A stretch of 64,000 nucleotides of DNA from Paracoccaceae bacterium (GTDB taxonomy: Bacteria; Pseudomonadota; Alphaproteobacteria; Rhodobacterales; Rhodobacteraceae), in contig DAOLBY010000001.1 in the NCBI GenBank assembly GCA_035324325.1, positions 4,453 to 68,452 of the forward strand, read 5' to 3'. Made by a program: the position numbers and the translations under genes. Positions 25,401-33,465 of this stretch are shown here, piece after piece (position 1 is the stretch's first letter; the number at the start of each line of letters is the position of its first letter). Under the pieces are notes generated by a model. The model searched no databases, was not told the DNA's origin, and was given only the letters and a program-made list of their open reading frames with translations.

Positions 25401-26767
25401 GCGCCGTCGTTGTCGATCACCTGCCGGCCGTTGACGAAGAGCACCGCGCCGTCGTCCGAGGTCAGGAAGAAGGTGTAGCGGCCGGCATTGACCACGTTCA
25501 GGTCGCCGGCGAAGCGTGCGGCGAAGAGGTCGCCGGGGCCGCCCTGCCAGAAGGCCGCCTCGGACTGCAGCCAGTTCAGCGAGGCCACCGTGCCGACGGC
25601 AGCCGGCGTGGCGGTGAAGTCGATCTCGGCCAGGCGCGCCACCGGGGCAGCGAGGGCGAAATACTCGGCATAGAGCCCGGGCCGCAGGGCATCGCCGCTG
25701 CTGCCGTCCTGGTGGCTGAGGCTGCCCTGCGAGATCAGCGCGCGGGCGCCGAAGCTGTCGGGGCCGCGCCATTCCAGCCGCAGGCTCTGGACGCCCCAGT
25801 TCTCGAAGTAGCGGACCTCGATCTGATGGGCGCCGGAGGCGAGGTCGAGCGTGACCATGCGCTCGACCGTGGCATGGGCGCCGTCGTTGTCGATCACCTG
25901 CTGGCCGTTGATGTAGAGCGCCGAGCCGTCGTCCGAGGTCAGGAAGAAGGTGTAGCTGCCGCCGCGCTCGACGTTGAGCTGGCCGGAATAGCGCGCGGCG
26001 AAGAGGTTGATGGGCCCGTCCTGCCAGAACGGCGCGTCGGAGCGCATCCAGTCGAGCCGGTCGACGATGCCGGTGGCCGCGGGCGTGGCGGTGAAGTCGA
26101 TCTGGGCGAGGCTTGCCACCTCGGCGGACAGCCGGAAATAGCTGGCCTGGAGACCGATCTTGCCCGGTTCGGGTTCGGGCTGGGGTTCCGGATCGGGCTC
26201 GGGGGTCGGACCGGGCTCGGGGGTCGGACCGGGCTCGGGCACCGGATCGGGAACCGGATCCGGATTGACCGGAATGGGCTTCATGCTGACCGCCGAGCCG
26301 TCGAGCATCACGCGCTGGTCGCCGGTGTCGGCGCCCTTCCATTCCAGCCGCAGGCTGTGCCGCCCGGTCTGGTCGAAATAGACGACCTCGATGTCATGCA
26401 CCCCGGCCTCGAGCCGGAGGGTCACCCTGCTCTTTTCGATCGTGTCCGAGGACAGGTCGCTGGCGACCAGGAGCACCTCCTGGCCGTTGATGCGCAGCGC
26501 CGCCACATTGTCGGTGCGCAGGAAGAAGGTGTACCTGCCACCGGTGGTGATCGTGAGATCGCCGCTGAAGCGGGCGGCGAAATGATTGACCGCCCCGCCT
26601 TCCCAGAGCGAGGTCTTCATGAGCCCCCAGTGGACCGCGTCGAAGGTATCGACCGCGACCGGGGTCGAGAAGTCGATCTCGTCGAGGCGCTTGATGCTCG
26701 CCGGGATGGTGAAGAACTCGGCCAGGAAGCCGCGCAGGGCCCCGGTTCCCACGGTCTGTATGCTCAT
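22478..26767 (-). CDS. Giant secreted-type protein: 3x PA14, Pro-rich and Cys/His/Asp-rich linkers, G8 domain, parallel beta-helix region, C-terminal cadherin-like domain
   Basis: 1429-aa ORF. PA14-like modules at aa ~10-160, 205-345 and 362-505 (YTFFL.SDDG...L.INGQ.V...LEW.G). G8-like block GDWFDPATWWQGRIPGEGARALIPEG...LRVDGELSF...LEIG at aa ~636-760. C-terminus has VLANDRDPE...GTDSFHYWAADDMGN. No N-terminal signal peptide (MSIQTVGTGALRGFLAEFF). Confidence 0.85.
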   Translation of the reverse strand: MSIQTVGTGALRGFLAEFFTIPASIKRLDEIDFSTPVAVDTFDAVHWGLMKTSLWEGGAVNHFAARFSGDLTITTGGRYTFFLRTDNVAALRINGQEVLLVASDLSSDTIEKSRVTLRLEAGVHDIEVVYFDQTGRHSLRLEWKGADTGDQRVMLDGSAVSMKPIPVNPDPVPDPVPEPGPTPEPGPTPEPDPEPQPEPEPGKIGLQASYFRLSAEVASLAQIDFTATPAATGIVDRLDWMRSDAPFWQDGPINLFAARYSGQLNVERGGSYTFFLTSDDGSALYINGQQVIDNDGAHATVERMVTLDLASGAHQIEVRYFENWGVQSLRLEWRGPDSFGARALISQGSLSHQDGSSGDALRPGLYAEYFALAAPVARLAEIDFTATPAAVGTVASLNWLQSEAAFWQGGPGDLFAARFAGDLNVVNAGRYTFFLTSDDGAVLFVNGRQVIDNDGAHATVERAVTLDLEAGAHQVEVRYFENFGVQSLRFEWQGPDSDGLRAVVGVPSLSHAGPIDAGEVGPCPEDGGNVCLCLCGCGSDPDPLPGDGHDHDPDPLPGDGGSGGSGGDTGGDTGGDTGGGHDHGPTPPMDPAEADAFVAAVMAQPETHAHGDNAAMANEHIRVLSLVPRAEATHVAVADGDWFDPATWWQGRIPGEGARALIPEGISVTYDGESDAALFTLRVDGELSFATDRDTRLVIDTMVVAPSGRLEIGTAARPIEAGVDVQILFADNGNINVAWDPMLVSRGLVSHGAVEIHGAEKTAFLKVAEAPMRGDTTITLAEVPTGWQVGDTLVVSGTHKTGWAWDNTLRRVVHHESQDEEVRIVAINGGTVTLDRALVHNHDTPRDDLFAYVANMTRNITFASENGADTAVHHRGHVMFMHSDDVDVRYAAFDDLGRTDKSRPAFDLGALSSVSADSNIKGRYSFHFHKTGTLDQENPAIALGNTVSGAPGWGFVHHSSHADFIENVAFDVFGAAFAAEDGDETGIWLRNMAIRSEGIGWGEWEVKHANDLPRHDNGRTGDGFFFAGRLVEAAENVAVNTTHGYVWMHRSAPTNPLTANLDHPEIGYGGSTVTVNQAPIQGFRDNEAFGTEIGLIVIKGVAAQYHDVRTVLDGFLNWETRQGTDISYTGHYTMLDFDLIGTRSGGWFEAQAGLVLGSNAFGMVMNGLSIDGFRTGVDVSRQPTFFVPDNQFGIVLIDVEMTGVGTAYQGFNAARHQIMSSDDLVEGRLGFVQGSVTLAVHQDLVLSGTKTDSLGSTSRQMAWEPQTIYRWEVPDLLRSTGYYTLADGRKVALIPDLVADRATGELLKFSYLVTLNISDGDLNSWGVPHNGRYDPGNAAPVVQNDFAATVAGLDVLIDVLANDRDPENRHLAVDGFTDPGNGDVFQQADGTLLYRPNHGFTGTDSFHYWAADDMGNYTRATVTVEVWDL

Positions 26768-27413
26768 CTTGCCTGCATCCCCAGTTGCATCCGTTCCGCC
26801 TCTGCCGTCGGGCCTTCGCCGGACCTGTCCGGCCCTCCTGCACGTTGCGCGGGCGCTTCACCCTGTTGATTCGCCAAGGCGCTTCAAAGGCTGGACTGTG
26901 GCGAAAACCGGATCAGCCGGCCCCCTGCATCGTTTCCGAAAACACTGGTAATCCAGACCCTTGGAACGGCCTGGCACGCTCGGGCAGGCCCCCCCGCGGG
27001 CGGTGGCTGCGACAAGGCGACCGCGCCCCCCGAAAGGGGGCCGGACCGAACCGCAACTTCACGCGAAAATGCCTTGCCCTCGGGCTTCTGCGGGCCCTTA
27101 TTCGTTAACCTTGAATCGGGAAGCGGGCGATCTCAACCCGGGATCTGCCGCGACTCGCGGCCTGCGGCGGTTTCCTGCCCATGCCCCCGGCGCCTGCGCC
27201 GTCTTTCCGCTCATCCCCGCCACTGTCGCCATGCGGGAAACGGTGCCCGGCCGAATCATGGCGGCAATGCGGCCGAATCGCGGGCCTGGCGGAAACAACG
27301 TGCCGTCGCGGCGGGGTGTGATGCTTAAACCTTCCGGCAAAATCCGGGCAACCGGTGCAACCCGGAGGGGGTGCGGGCGGATCCCTGCGGCTTGCCTGCC
27401 GGCGCCGCCGGCC

Positions 27414-28970
27414 TCACAGCCCCGGCACGAAGCGCGGCAGGGGGCGCAGGACCTCGGCCATGGCCTGCTGCAGGCGGGCCTCGGCCTCGGCCGCGCCGCC
27501 GGCGCCGATCGGCACGATCAGGCGCACCAGCGCGCTGTCGCTGCGCCCGTTGGTCAGCTTGCCGGCGAGCAGCTGCAGCTTGGCGGTCAGGCCCGAGGCG
27601 GTGCGCCGGCCCTGCTGCTCGAACCAGTAGTAGACCAGCATCCGCTCGGTGCCCTTCTGGATCACCGCGCGGTTGAGGCTGAAGGCGCCCTCGACGGGAT
27701 GCTGCGCCTCGATCCGGCGCAGTTCGGCGATCTCCCAGCCGCCGCCGGGCAGGCAGACCTCGGGCGAATGCACGCCGCCCTGCAGGTCGTCGCGGTACCA
27801 GGCGAGGAAGAGGTCGACCGGCGCCCCGCCCGCCCGGGCGAGCAGCACCGAATGGTAGTCGTCGGCGGCCAGGATGCGCTCGACATCGGGTTCGAGCATG
27901 CGGTGCGGGCCGGCCTGCCAGTCGCCCAACTGCGCCGGGAACAGCGCGAAGGGATCGCGCGTCACCGTCACCGGCGGGCGCCCCGCCGCGGCCAGCGCCC
28001 GCGACGGCTCGATCAGCCGCAGCCGCAGCGCCTGGGTGCCGAGCCCCGCGGTGTCGAGGTCGAGCGCCTCGGCCAGGCCCGGCCGGTCGCGGCGCAGCCG
28101 CAGCATCACCCAGGCCAGCGCGAACAGCAGCAGCACGCAGGACAGGAAGATCACCCAGCCCTCGAAGAAATGGCTGAAGCCCTCGACATGCTCCATCCCC
28201 CAGCGGTCCACGATCACCCCGGCCAGCGCGATCCGCACCGAGTTCATCAGCACCGTGATCGGCGCCGCCGAGACGAGCAGCACCGCCTTGTGCCACATCG
28301 GCCCGCGGTAGAGCACCGCGAAGATGTAGCTGAAGGACAGGATCGGAAACAGGTAGCGCAGCCCCGAGCAGGCCTCGGCCACATGCAGCTTGTAGACCCC
28401 GAGGTCGATGATGTTGCCCTCGAGGAAGACCGGCACGCGCAGCAACTGCAGGAACCACACGCCAAGCTCGGAGGAGATGCCCTGCAGCCAGGTCGAGACC
28501 CCGTAGTAGAGCGCCCCGGGCAGCGGCAGCATGTAGACGAGATGCAGCACCGGCGGCCAGAACCCCCGCCCCTGCCGCCAGCCGAACGCGATCAGCAGGA
28601 TCGCCCCGGCCCAGAGGATCAGCCCGTAGGCGACGATGTCGCCGATGCCGAGCAGCTGCCCCGCCGCGCCGAGCGCCAGCGCCAGGACGAGCAGTGCCAG
28701 CCCCGGGCCGCGGTCGGTCACCGGGCCGGGGATCACCGGCTCGCCCTTCAGCTGGCGCAGGAACAGCAGCAGCGACAGCAGCGGGATCAGCGGCCCGTGG
28801 CTGTATTCCGGCAGCGCCCAGGCCCGCAGCAGTTCGGCCAGCCCGTCGCGGAAGAACAGCCCCGCCCCGGCGACGGCCAGCAGCAGCCAGCCCACACCGG
28901 GGGTGACAAGCCCGCCGAGACGGCGCGGCGCGCGGCGGGAGGGGGCCGGGGAGGGGCCGGTCACGGACAT
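27414..28970 (-). CDS. xrtD: Exosortase fused to an EpsI-family domain (XrtD-like, VPLPA-CTERM-specific by context)
   Basis: ATG 28970..28968; an alternative ATG lies 20 codons upstream at 29030. Exosortase hallmarks are PEYSHGPLIP, catalytic Cys in HVAEACSGLRYL, Arg in VLMNSVRIAL and His in FSHFFEGW. The C-terminal ~200 aa has the EpsI signature HSPEVCLPGGGWEI...YYWFEQQGR. The symbol is assigned from the adjacent VPLPA-type cargo, not from an alignment. Confidence 0.85.
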   Translation of the reverse strand: MSVTGPSPAPSRRAPRRLGGLVTPGVGWLLLAVAGAGLFFRDGLAELLRAWALPEYSHGPLIPLLSLLLFLRQLKGEPVIPGPVTDRGPGLALLVLALALGAAGQLLGIGDIVAYGLILWAGAILLIAFGWRQGRGFWPPVLHLVYMLPLPGALYYGVSTWLQGISSELGVWFLQLLRVPVFLEGNIIDLGVYKLHVAEACSGLRYLFPILSFSYIFAVLYRGPMWHKAVLLVSAAPITVLMNSVRIALAGVIVDRWGMEHVEGFSHFFEGWVIFLSCVLLLFALAWVMLRLRRDRPGLAEALDLDTAGLGTQALRLRLIEPSRALAAAGRPPVTVTRDPFALFPAQLGDWQAGPHRMLEPDVERILAADDYHSVLLARAGGAPVDLFLAWYRDDLQGGVHSPEVCLPGGGWEIAELRRIEAQHPVEGAFSLNRAVIQKGTERMLVYYWFEQQGRRTASGLTAKLQLLAGKLTNGRSDSALVRLIVPIGAGGAAEAEARLQQAMAEVLRPLPRFVPGL

Positions 28971-29216
28971 CGTCGGTCTTTCGCTCGGCGCGCCCGGATG
29001 CGGCGCGGGTTCGGGGGCGGGCGGCATCATAGACGGGGGATCGCGGCAAAACCATGCCCGCCCGGCCCCGCCGCGGCGGGGCCGGGCCGCCGGTTGCGCA
29101 TTCACGAACGATCGGACCCGGATCGCCACAATTCTGCCCGGAATGGGCGCAAATCTCGGCGCCGGGGCGGGGTGGCGCCGGGACGGCGCCGGACAGGACC
29201 GGGAGAGGACGACAGG

Positions 29217-29420
29217 ATGGGCCTTGCAATCGTCGGCACGATCTCCGGCCTCCTCGCCGCGGCGGCGGCGCTGCTGGCCGGACAGCCCTGGTGGATGGCG
29301 CTCGCCCTGCATGCCGGAGCCGGCGCGCTGGCGCTTCTGGCGGCGGCGGCCGTGGTGGCCGCCCGGCGGCCCGGAACCGCGGCCGCACCCGCCGCCGCGC
29401 TTGAATCCACGCCGGGCTGA
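29217..29420 (+). CDS. Possible small 2-TM membrane protein (67 aa)
   Basis: ATG 29217 is preceded by GGGAGAGGACGACAGG. Translation MGLAIVGTISGLLAAAAALLAGQPWWMALALHAGAGALALLAAAAVVAARRPG.... High GC3. It is the tail of the spurious track ORF 26961..29420. No family recognised. Confidence 0.35.
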   Translation: MGLAIVGTISGLLAAAAALLAGQPWWMALALHAGAGALALLAAAAVVAARRPGTAAAPAAALESTPG

Positions 29421-29697
29421 GCCCCGCGGGGCCGCAGATTCGCCCCGCCTTCGCCCCGCGGCCTCCCGGGCAGCGCGGACCGTCCCCGCCGGATCGACAA
29501 TGGCCCGGCCAGGCCGCGACCGTGGAGCCGGCGGCAACCGGCCCCGGCCCGCCGCACAACCCCGGGATGTATCTTCGGCCCGGGCCCCGATGGCCCTTGG
29601 AGTGCGCCGCGGTTTGTGACACATCTCGGGGATGGGGGTGCCTGCGGTATTCGCCGCAGAATTCGTCAATGGTCATTGCGCCTGGGAGCGTTTTCAC

Positions 29698-30351
29698 ATG
29701 TTCGCGCTGAATGGGATCAAGGCACTGGCCGCGGCCCTCGTCCTGTCGGGGGGCCTGGCCGGCCAGGCCGGGGCGGTCACCTACCATTTCGACAACATCA
29801 CCGGCAACAACGCCGAACATGCCGCGGCCGGCGCCGCGCAGCTGTTCCTCGATGTCGACCTGGTGGACGACGCGGTGCATTTCGTGTTCCGCAACGCCGG
29901 ACCGCTGCAGATGACGGTCGCCAACCTCTACATCGACCACGGCACCACCGCGCTCATCCAGAACGCCTCGGTCGGCGCGGCGTCGGAGGGGGTGGAGTTC
30001 GCGGGCGGCGGCACGCCCGTCAACGTGCCCCGCGGCAACACCGTCGGCTTCTACGCCGACGACACCTTCTACACCACCCGGCCCCGGGTGCATTACGGGA
30101 TCAACGTGCTCGAGTTCCAGACGATCGTCTACGAACTCGTCGCCGGGACGACCTTCTCCGACCTGATCGCGGCGCTCGATGCGGGCAACCTGCGGGCCGG
30201 CCTGCATGTGATCAACTTCATCGGCGGCGGCCGGGAAAGCTTCGTCAGCGGGGCGCAGGTCGTCCCCATCCCGCTGCCGGCCACGGGCCTGCTGCTGGTC
30301 GGCGCGCTCGGCGGGCTGGTGCTGCTGCGCCGCCGCCGTCCGGCGGCCTGA
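29698..30351 (+). CDS. VPLPA-CTERM sorting-domain protein, paralogue 1
   Basis: ATG 29698 (SD GGGAGCG). Signal peptide MFALNGIKALAAALVLSGGLAGQAGA. C-terminus VPIPLPATGLLLVGALGGLVLLRRRRPAA, i.e. motif, TM helix and Arg cluster. Confidence 0.85.
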   Translation: MFALNGIKALAAALVLSGGLAGQAGAVTYHFDNITGNNAEHAAAGAAQLFLDVDLVDDAVHFVFRNAGPLQMTVANLYIDHGTTALIQNASVGAASEGVEFAGGGTPVNVPRGNTVGFYADDTFYTTRPRVHYGINVLEFQTIVYELVAGTTFSDLIAALDAGNLRAGLHVINFIGGGRESFVSGAQVVPIPLPATGLLLVGALGGLVLLRRRRPAA

Positions 30352-30404
30352 GGGCGCGCGGGGGGCTTCGCCCCGCGGCCCGCACGACCTTCGCAAGGCA
30401 GAGC

Positions 30405-30430
30405 AGGCGGTCCCCCGGGGCCGCCTTTCG
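30405..30430 (+). terminator. Hairpin downstream of VPLPA paralogue 1 (weak intrinsic-terminator candidate)
   Basis: AGGCGGTCCCC-CGGGG-CCGCCT followed by TTCGCGTT. An equivalent hairpin follows paralogue 2. Confidence 0.35.
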
Positions 30431-30783
30431 CGTTCCGGGCCGCGCGGGCCGGGGCGCGGGCGGCTCCGCCCGCCTGAATCCCCGGCCCGAAACCCCGGCC
30501 TGAATCCCCGGCCCGAAACCCCCGCCGATTCGCCCTTTCCCGCGCGCCGCGGCCTCCTGCGCGCCGCAAACCGCCGCGAACCGTTGCCGCCCGGTCGACA
30601 ATCGGCCGGAACCGGCGGAACCCTGGCCCGGATGGCGAAGGGATCCGGCTCGCCGCGCAACCCGGGGATGTATCTTCGGCCCGGGGCGCCCCGGCGCTTG
30701 GACCGTCGCACGGATTGTGGCAATACTGCGGCAGGGTCTGTGCAACACCCTGTACCGTCTATTGCGCCCGAAGGAGATTTCGC

Positions 30784-31437
30784 ATGTTCGCGCTGGATCG
30801 GATCAAGACATTGGCCGCCGTGGCGGCACTCGTGCTTTCGGGGGGCCTGGCGGAGCGGGCCGAGGCGGTCACCTACAACTTCGAGAACATCACCAACAAC
30901 AACGCCGCGGATGCCGCGGCCGGCGAGGCGCAGCTGTTCCTCGACGTGAATCTGGTCGGCGGCGCGGCGCATTTCGTGTTCAGCAACCTCGGCCCGCTGC
31001 AGATGACGATCGCCAACATCTACTTCGATTTCGGCCTCACCAGCCTGCTCGGCGGCGGATCGGTCGGCGCGGCCTCGCCGGGGGTAACCTTCGTGGCGGG
31101 CGGCGCGCCCCCCGACGTGCCTGGCGGCGCGCCCATCGGCTTCACGTCCGATGACCGCTATTCCGCGACCAACCCCGCACCGCACAACGGGGTCAACGTT
31201 CCCGAGTTCCAGACCATCGTCTACGAACTCCTGGCCGGGACGACCTTCGCCGACCTGATCGCGGCGCTCGATGCGGGCAGCCTGCGCACCGCCATCCATG
31301 TGATCAACTACGCAAGCGGCGGCAGCGAGAGCTTCGTGAACGCCCCGACCCCGATCCCGCTGCCGGCCACGGGCCTGCTGCTGATCGGCGCGCTCGGCGG
31401 GCTGGTGCTGGTGCGGCGGCGCCGCCCGGCGGCCTGA
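30784..31437 (+). CDS. VPLPA-CTERM sorting-domain protein, paralogue 2
   Basis: ATG 30784 (SD GAAGGAG). Signal peptide MFALDRIKTLAAVAALVLSGGLAERAEA. C-terminus TPIPLPATGLLLIGALGGLVLVRRRRPAA. Collinear similarity to paralogue 1 along its whole length. Confidence 0.85.
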   Translation: MFALDRIKTLAAVAALVLSGGLAERAEAVTYNFENITNNNAADAAAGEAQLFLDVNLVGGAAHFVFSNLGPLQMTIANIYFDFGLTSLLGGGSVGAASPGVTFVAGGAPPDVPGGAPIGFTSDDRYSATNPAPHNGVNVPEFQTIVYELLAGTTFADLIAALDAGSLRTAIHVINYASGGSESFVNAPTPIPLPATGLLLIGALGGLVLVRRRRPAA

Positions 31438-31491
31438 GGGCGCGCGGGGGGTCCCCGCGGCCCGACCCGGCAACACAACCAGGATACGGCG

Positions 31492-31515
31492 CAGGCGGCC
31501 CCCCAGGGCCGCCTG
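31492..31515 (+). terminator. Hairpin downstream of VPLPA paralogue 2
   Basis: Perfect 9-bp stem CAGGCGGCC / GGCCGCCTG with a 6-nt loop. The T-tract is poor (TCGCGTTCC). Confidence 0.4.
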
Positions 31516-31551
31516 TCGCGTTCCGGGGGGACGGGGTTCGGGAAGCCGGCG

Positions 31552-31647
31552 TCAGCAGCAGGGCGGGCGCGGGCCGTCGAAGCCGCGCAGCAGCATCGCC
31601 GCGCAGAGGCAAAGGCCGAGGCCGATCAGGACAGCGCCGGTCAGCAT
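31552..31647 (-). CDS. Possible 31-aa hydrophobic peptide (below ORF-track size cutoff)
   Basis: ATG 31647..31645 is preceded by GAAGGGGAGGCGGGCGA (strong SD). Translation MLTGAVLIGLGLCLCAAMLLRGFDGPRPPCC then stop. No family recognised. Confidence 0.3.
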   Translation of the reverse strand: MLTGAVLIGLGLCLCAAMLLRGFDGPRPPCC

Positions 31648-32013
31648 TCGCCCGCCTCCCCTTCGCGACGCGCCTGCCACCGCGGCAGACGGAACCGGAT
31701 CCAGCCAAGCGCCGAATCATGGCGGAACCCGGGCGCCGCCGTGGCCTTGCCGTGGCCTTGCCCGCGAACCGCCGGCACGTTGACGCCGCGGCAACAGATA
31801 CACCCCTTGCGTGAAACTGTCGCCGCACCGGCCGTGCCCGCACAACCCCTGCCTGAAAAGCGCCCGCCCGGAAAGGTTTCGCTTTCTCCGCGCGGGGCGA
31901 TCGGCCATTCTCTGCCCGAGGTCGCGTCCGTTCGGGCGGGCCTTTGCCACAAGCCGATAGCGTGACCCATAGCGCGACCCGATGTGCGACAACCTGATTT
32001 CGGAGTGCAAGGA

Positions 32014-32742
32014 ATGAATGTGACCAGTACCCTGCGCGGCGGCATTCTGGCGCTCGCGCTCGCCTTCGGGGCCGGAACGGCCGGGGCCACGCCCATCCAG
32101 GTCGAACAGCAGGTGACCGGCGGCTGGAACGCGGTCTTCGGCGGCAACGGCTATGCCAATGCGACGATCAGCGGCCCGGCGCTGGCCGGCGGATCCTCGG
32201 TCACCGTCGCCGCGGGCGGCTTCGCGCTGACCGCCGAGGGGCTCGGCGATTTCGTGGCCTTCTGCCTCGACATCAACACCTGGCTCTCGCTGCCCTCGTA
32301 TTATGCCGTCACCGAAACGCCCTTCTCGGGCGGGCCGGCGCTGCTGACCACCACGCAGCGCAACAACATCCAGGCGCTGTTCAACACCGGATACGCGGGG
32401 CTGAACCTCGGGTCGAACACCGATTCCGCGGCCTTCCAGATCGCGCTCTGGGAAGTGCTCTACGACAGTTCCGGCAGCCTCAACCTCGGCGCGGGCAATT
32501 TCATCGTGTCGAGCACGACGGCGGTGATCAACCGCGCCGCGGGCCTCCTGGCCGGGCTCGCCGGTCCGGCGACCGGCGTCTACGAACTGACCTGGCTGCA
32601 GTCGCTCGACGGCCCGGATGCCAACAGCTACCGCGACAGCCAGAACCTCGTCACCGCCACGCCGATCCCGCTGCCGGCAGGCGGGCTTCTCCTGGTCTCG
32701 GCGCTCGGCCTGATGTTCCTGCGCCGGCGCCGGACCGCCTGA
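32014..32742 (+). CDS. VPLPA-CTERM sorting-domain protein 3 with thioester-domain-like Cys and Gln motifs
   Basis: ATG 32014 (AAGGA just upstream). Signal peptide MNVTSTLRGGILALALAFGAGTAGA. C-terminus TPIPLPAGGLLLVSALGLMFLRRRRTA. Internal DFVAFCLDINTW and DSAAFQIALWEVLYD. Confidence 0.8.
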   Translation: MNVTSTLRGGILALALAFGAGTAGATPIQVEQQVTGGWNAVFGGNGYANATISGPALAGGSSVTVAAGGFALTAEGLGDFVAFCLDINTWLSLPSYYAVTETPFSGGPALLTTTQRNNIQALFNTGYAGLNLGSNTDSAAFQIALWEVLYDSSGSLNLGAGNFIVSSTTAVINRAAGLLAGLAGPATGVYELTWLQSLDGPDANSYRDSQNLVTATPIPLPAGGLLLVSALGLMFLRRRRTA

Positions 32743-32776
32743 GCCGCCATCGGCGGACAGGGCTGGGGGACACCAC

Positions 32777-32800
32777 GGGGGCGCCTTCGGGCGCCCTTTT
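32777..32800 (+). terminator. Rho-independent terminator after the third VPLPA-CTERM gene
   Basis: GGGGGCGCC-TTCG-GGCGCCC followed by TTTT. Lies between convergent genes. Confidence 0.6.
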
Positions 32801-32833
32801 CCGTTCCGCCGCCCCCCGTCCCCGTCCCCGCCC

Positions 32834-33442
32834 TCAGGGCCCGCCTCGCCGCCGCCGCAGCAGCACCAGCGCCGTCGCCGCGATCAGGACGGGCCCCGTC
32901 CATTCCAGCAGCGTGTTGGCGCGCAGCCCCAGGACCGTCCCCGGCACCGTCCCCGGCACCGGCAGGCCGAGCATCGCGTCGAAGCCGTGGAAGCCGACGG
33001 CGCGCATCATCACGAAGCCGGTGACGAAGACCAGCCCCGCGACCGGCAGGGCCGAGCGCGCCCAGGTGCCGCGCAGCACCGCCAGCAGCACCGCCAGCAG
33101 CACGAGCCCCAGGCCGGCGATGGCGATCAGGAAGGCCGCCTGCACCGGGCGGCGGCCCTCGTACCAGCCCTGCGCCAGCGCCGTGCAGCGCCCCGCCGCG
33201 GTCAGCGCCGACTGCAGGTCGAGCTGCTTGTTGACCGCCAGCGCCGCCATCAGCACCGCCACCAGCCCCCAGAAGGCGCGCTCGCGCCCGCGGCTGGCGC
33301 GGGGGAAGGGCGCGGCGCGGGCCAGCGCCAGCGCCAGCAGCGCCGTCGCCGCATAGACCGCGACCGTCGTCCAGCCCTGCCAGCCGGGGTCGCCGATCAC
33401 CGGGCGCCAGGTCTCGAGGGTGCAGGCCAGGATGCCGCGCAT
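32834..33442 (-). CDS. Hypothetical polytopic membrane protein
   Basis: ATG 33442..33440 (MRGILACTLETWRPVIGDPGWQGWTTVAVYAATALL...). 5-6 hydrophobic segments. The upstream part of track ORF 32834..33841 is in the repA 3' region. No family recognised. Confidence 0.55.
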   Translation of the reverse strand: MRGILACTLETWRPVIGDPGWQGWTTVAVYAATALLALALARAAPFPRASRGRERAFWGLVAVLMAALAVNKQLDLQSALTAAGRCTALAQGWYEGRRPVQAAFLIAIAGLGLVLLAVLLAVLRGTWARSALPVAGLVFVTGFVMMRAVGFHGFDAMLGLPVPGTVPGTVLGLRANTLLEWTGPVLIAATALVLLRRRRGGP

Positions 33443-33465
33443 GCCCCCTGCCCCGCCCGGGCCGC

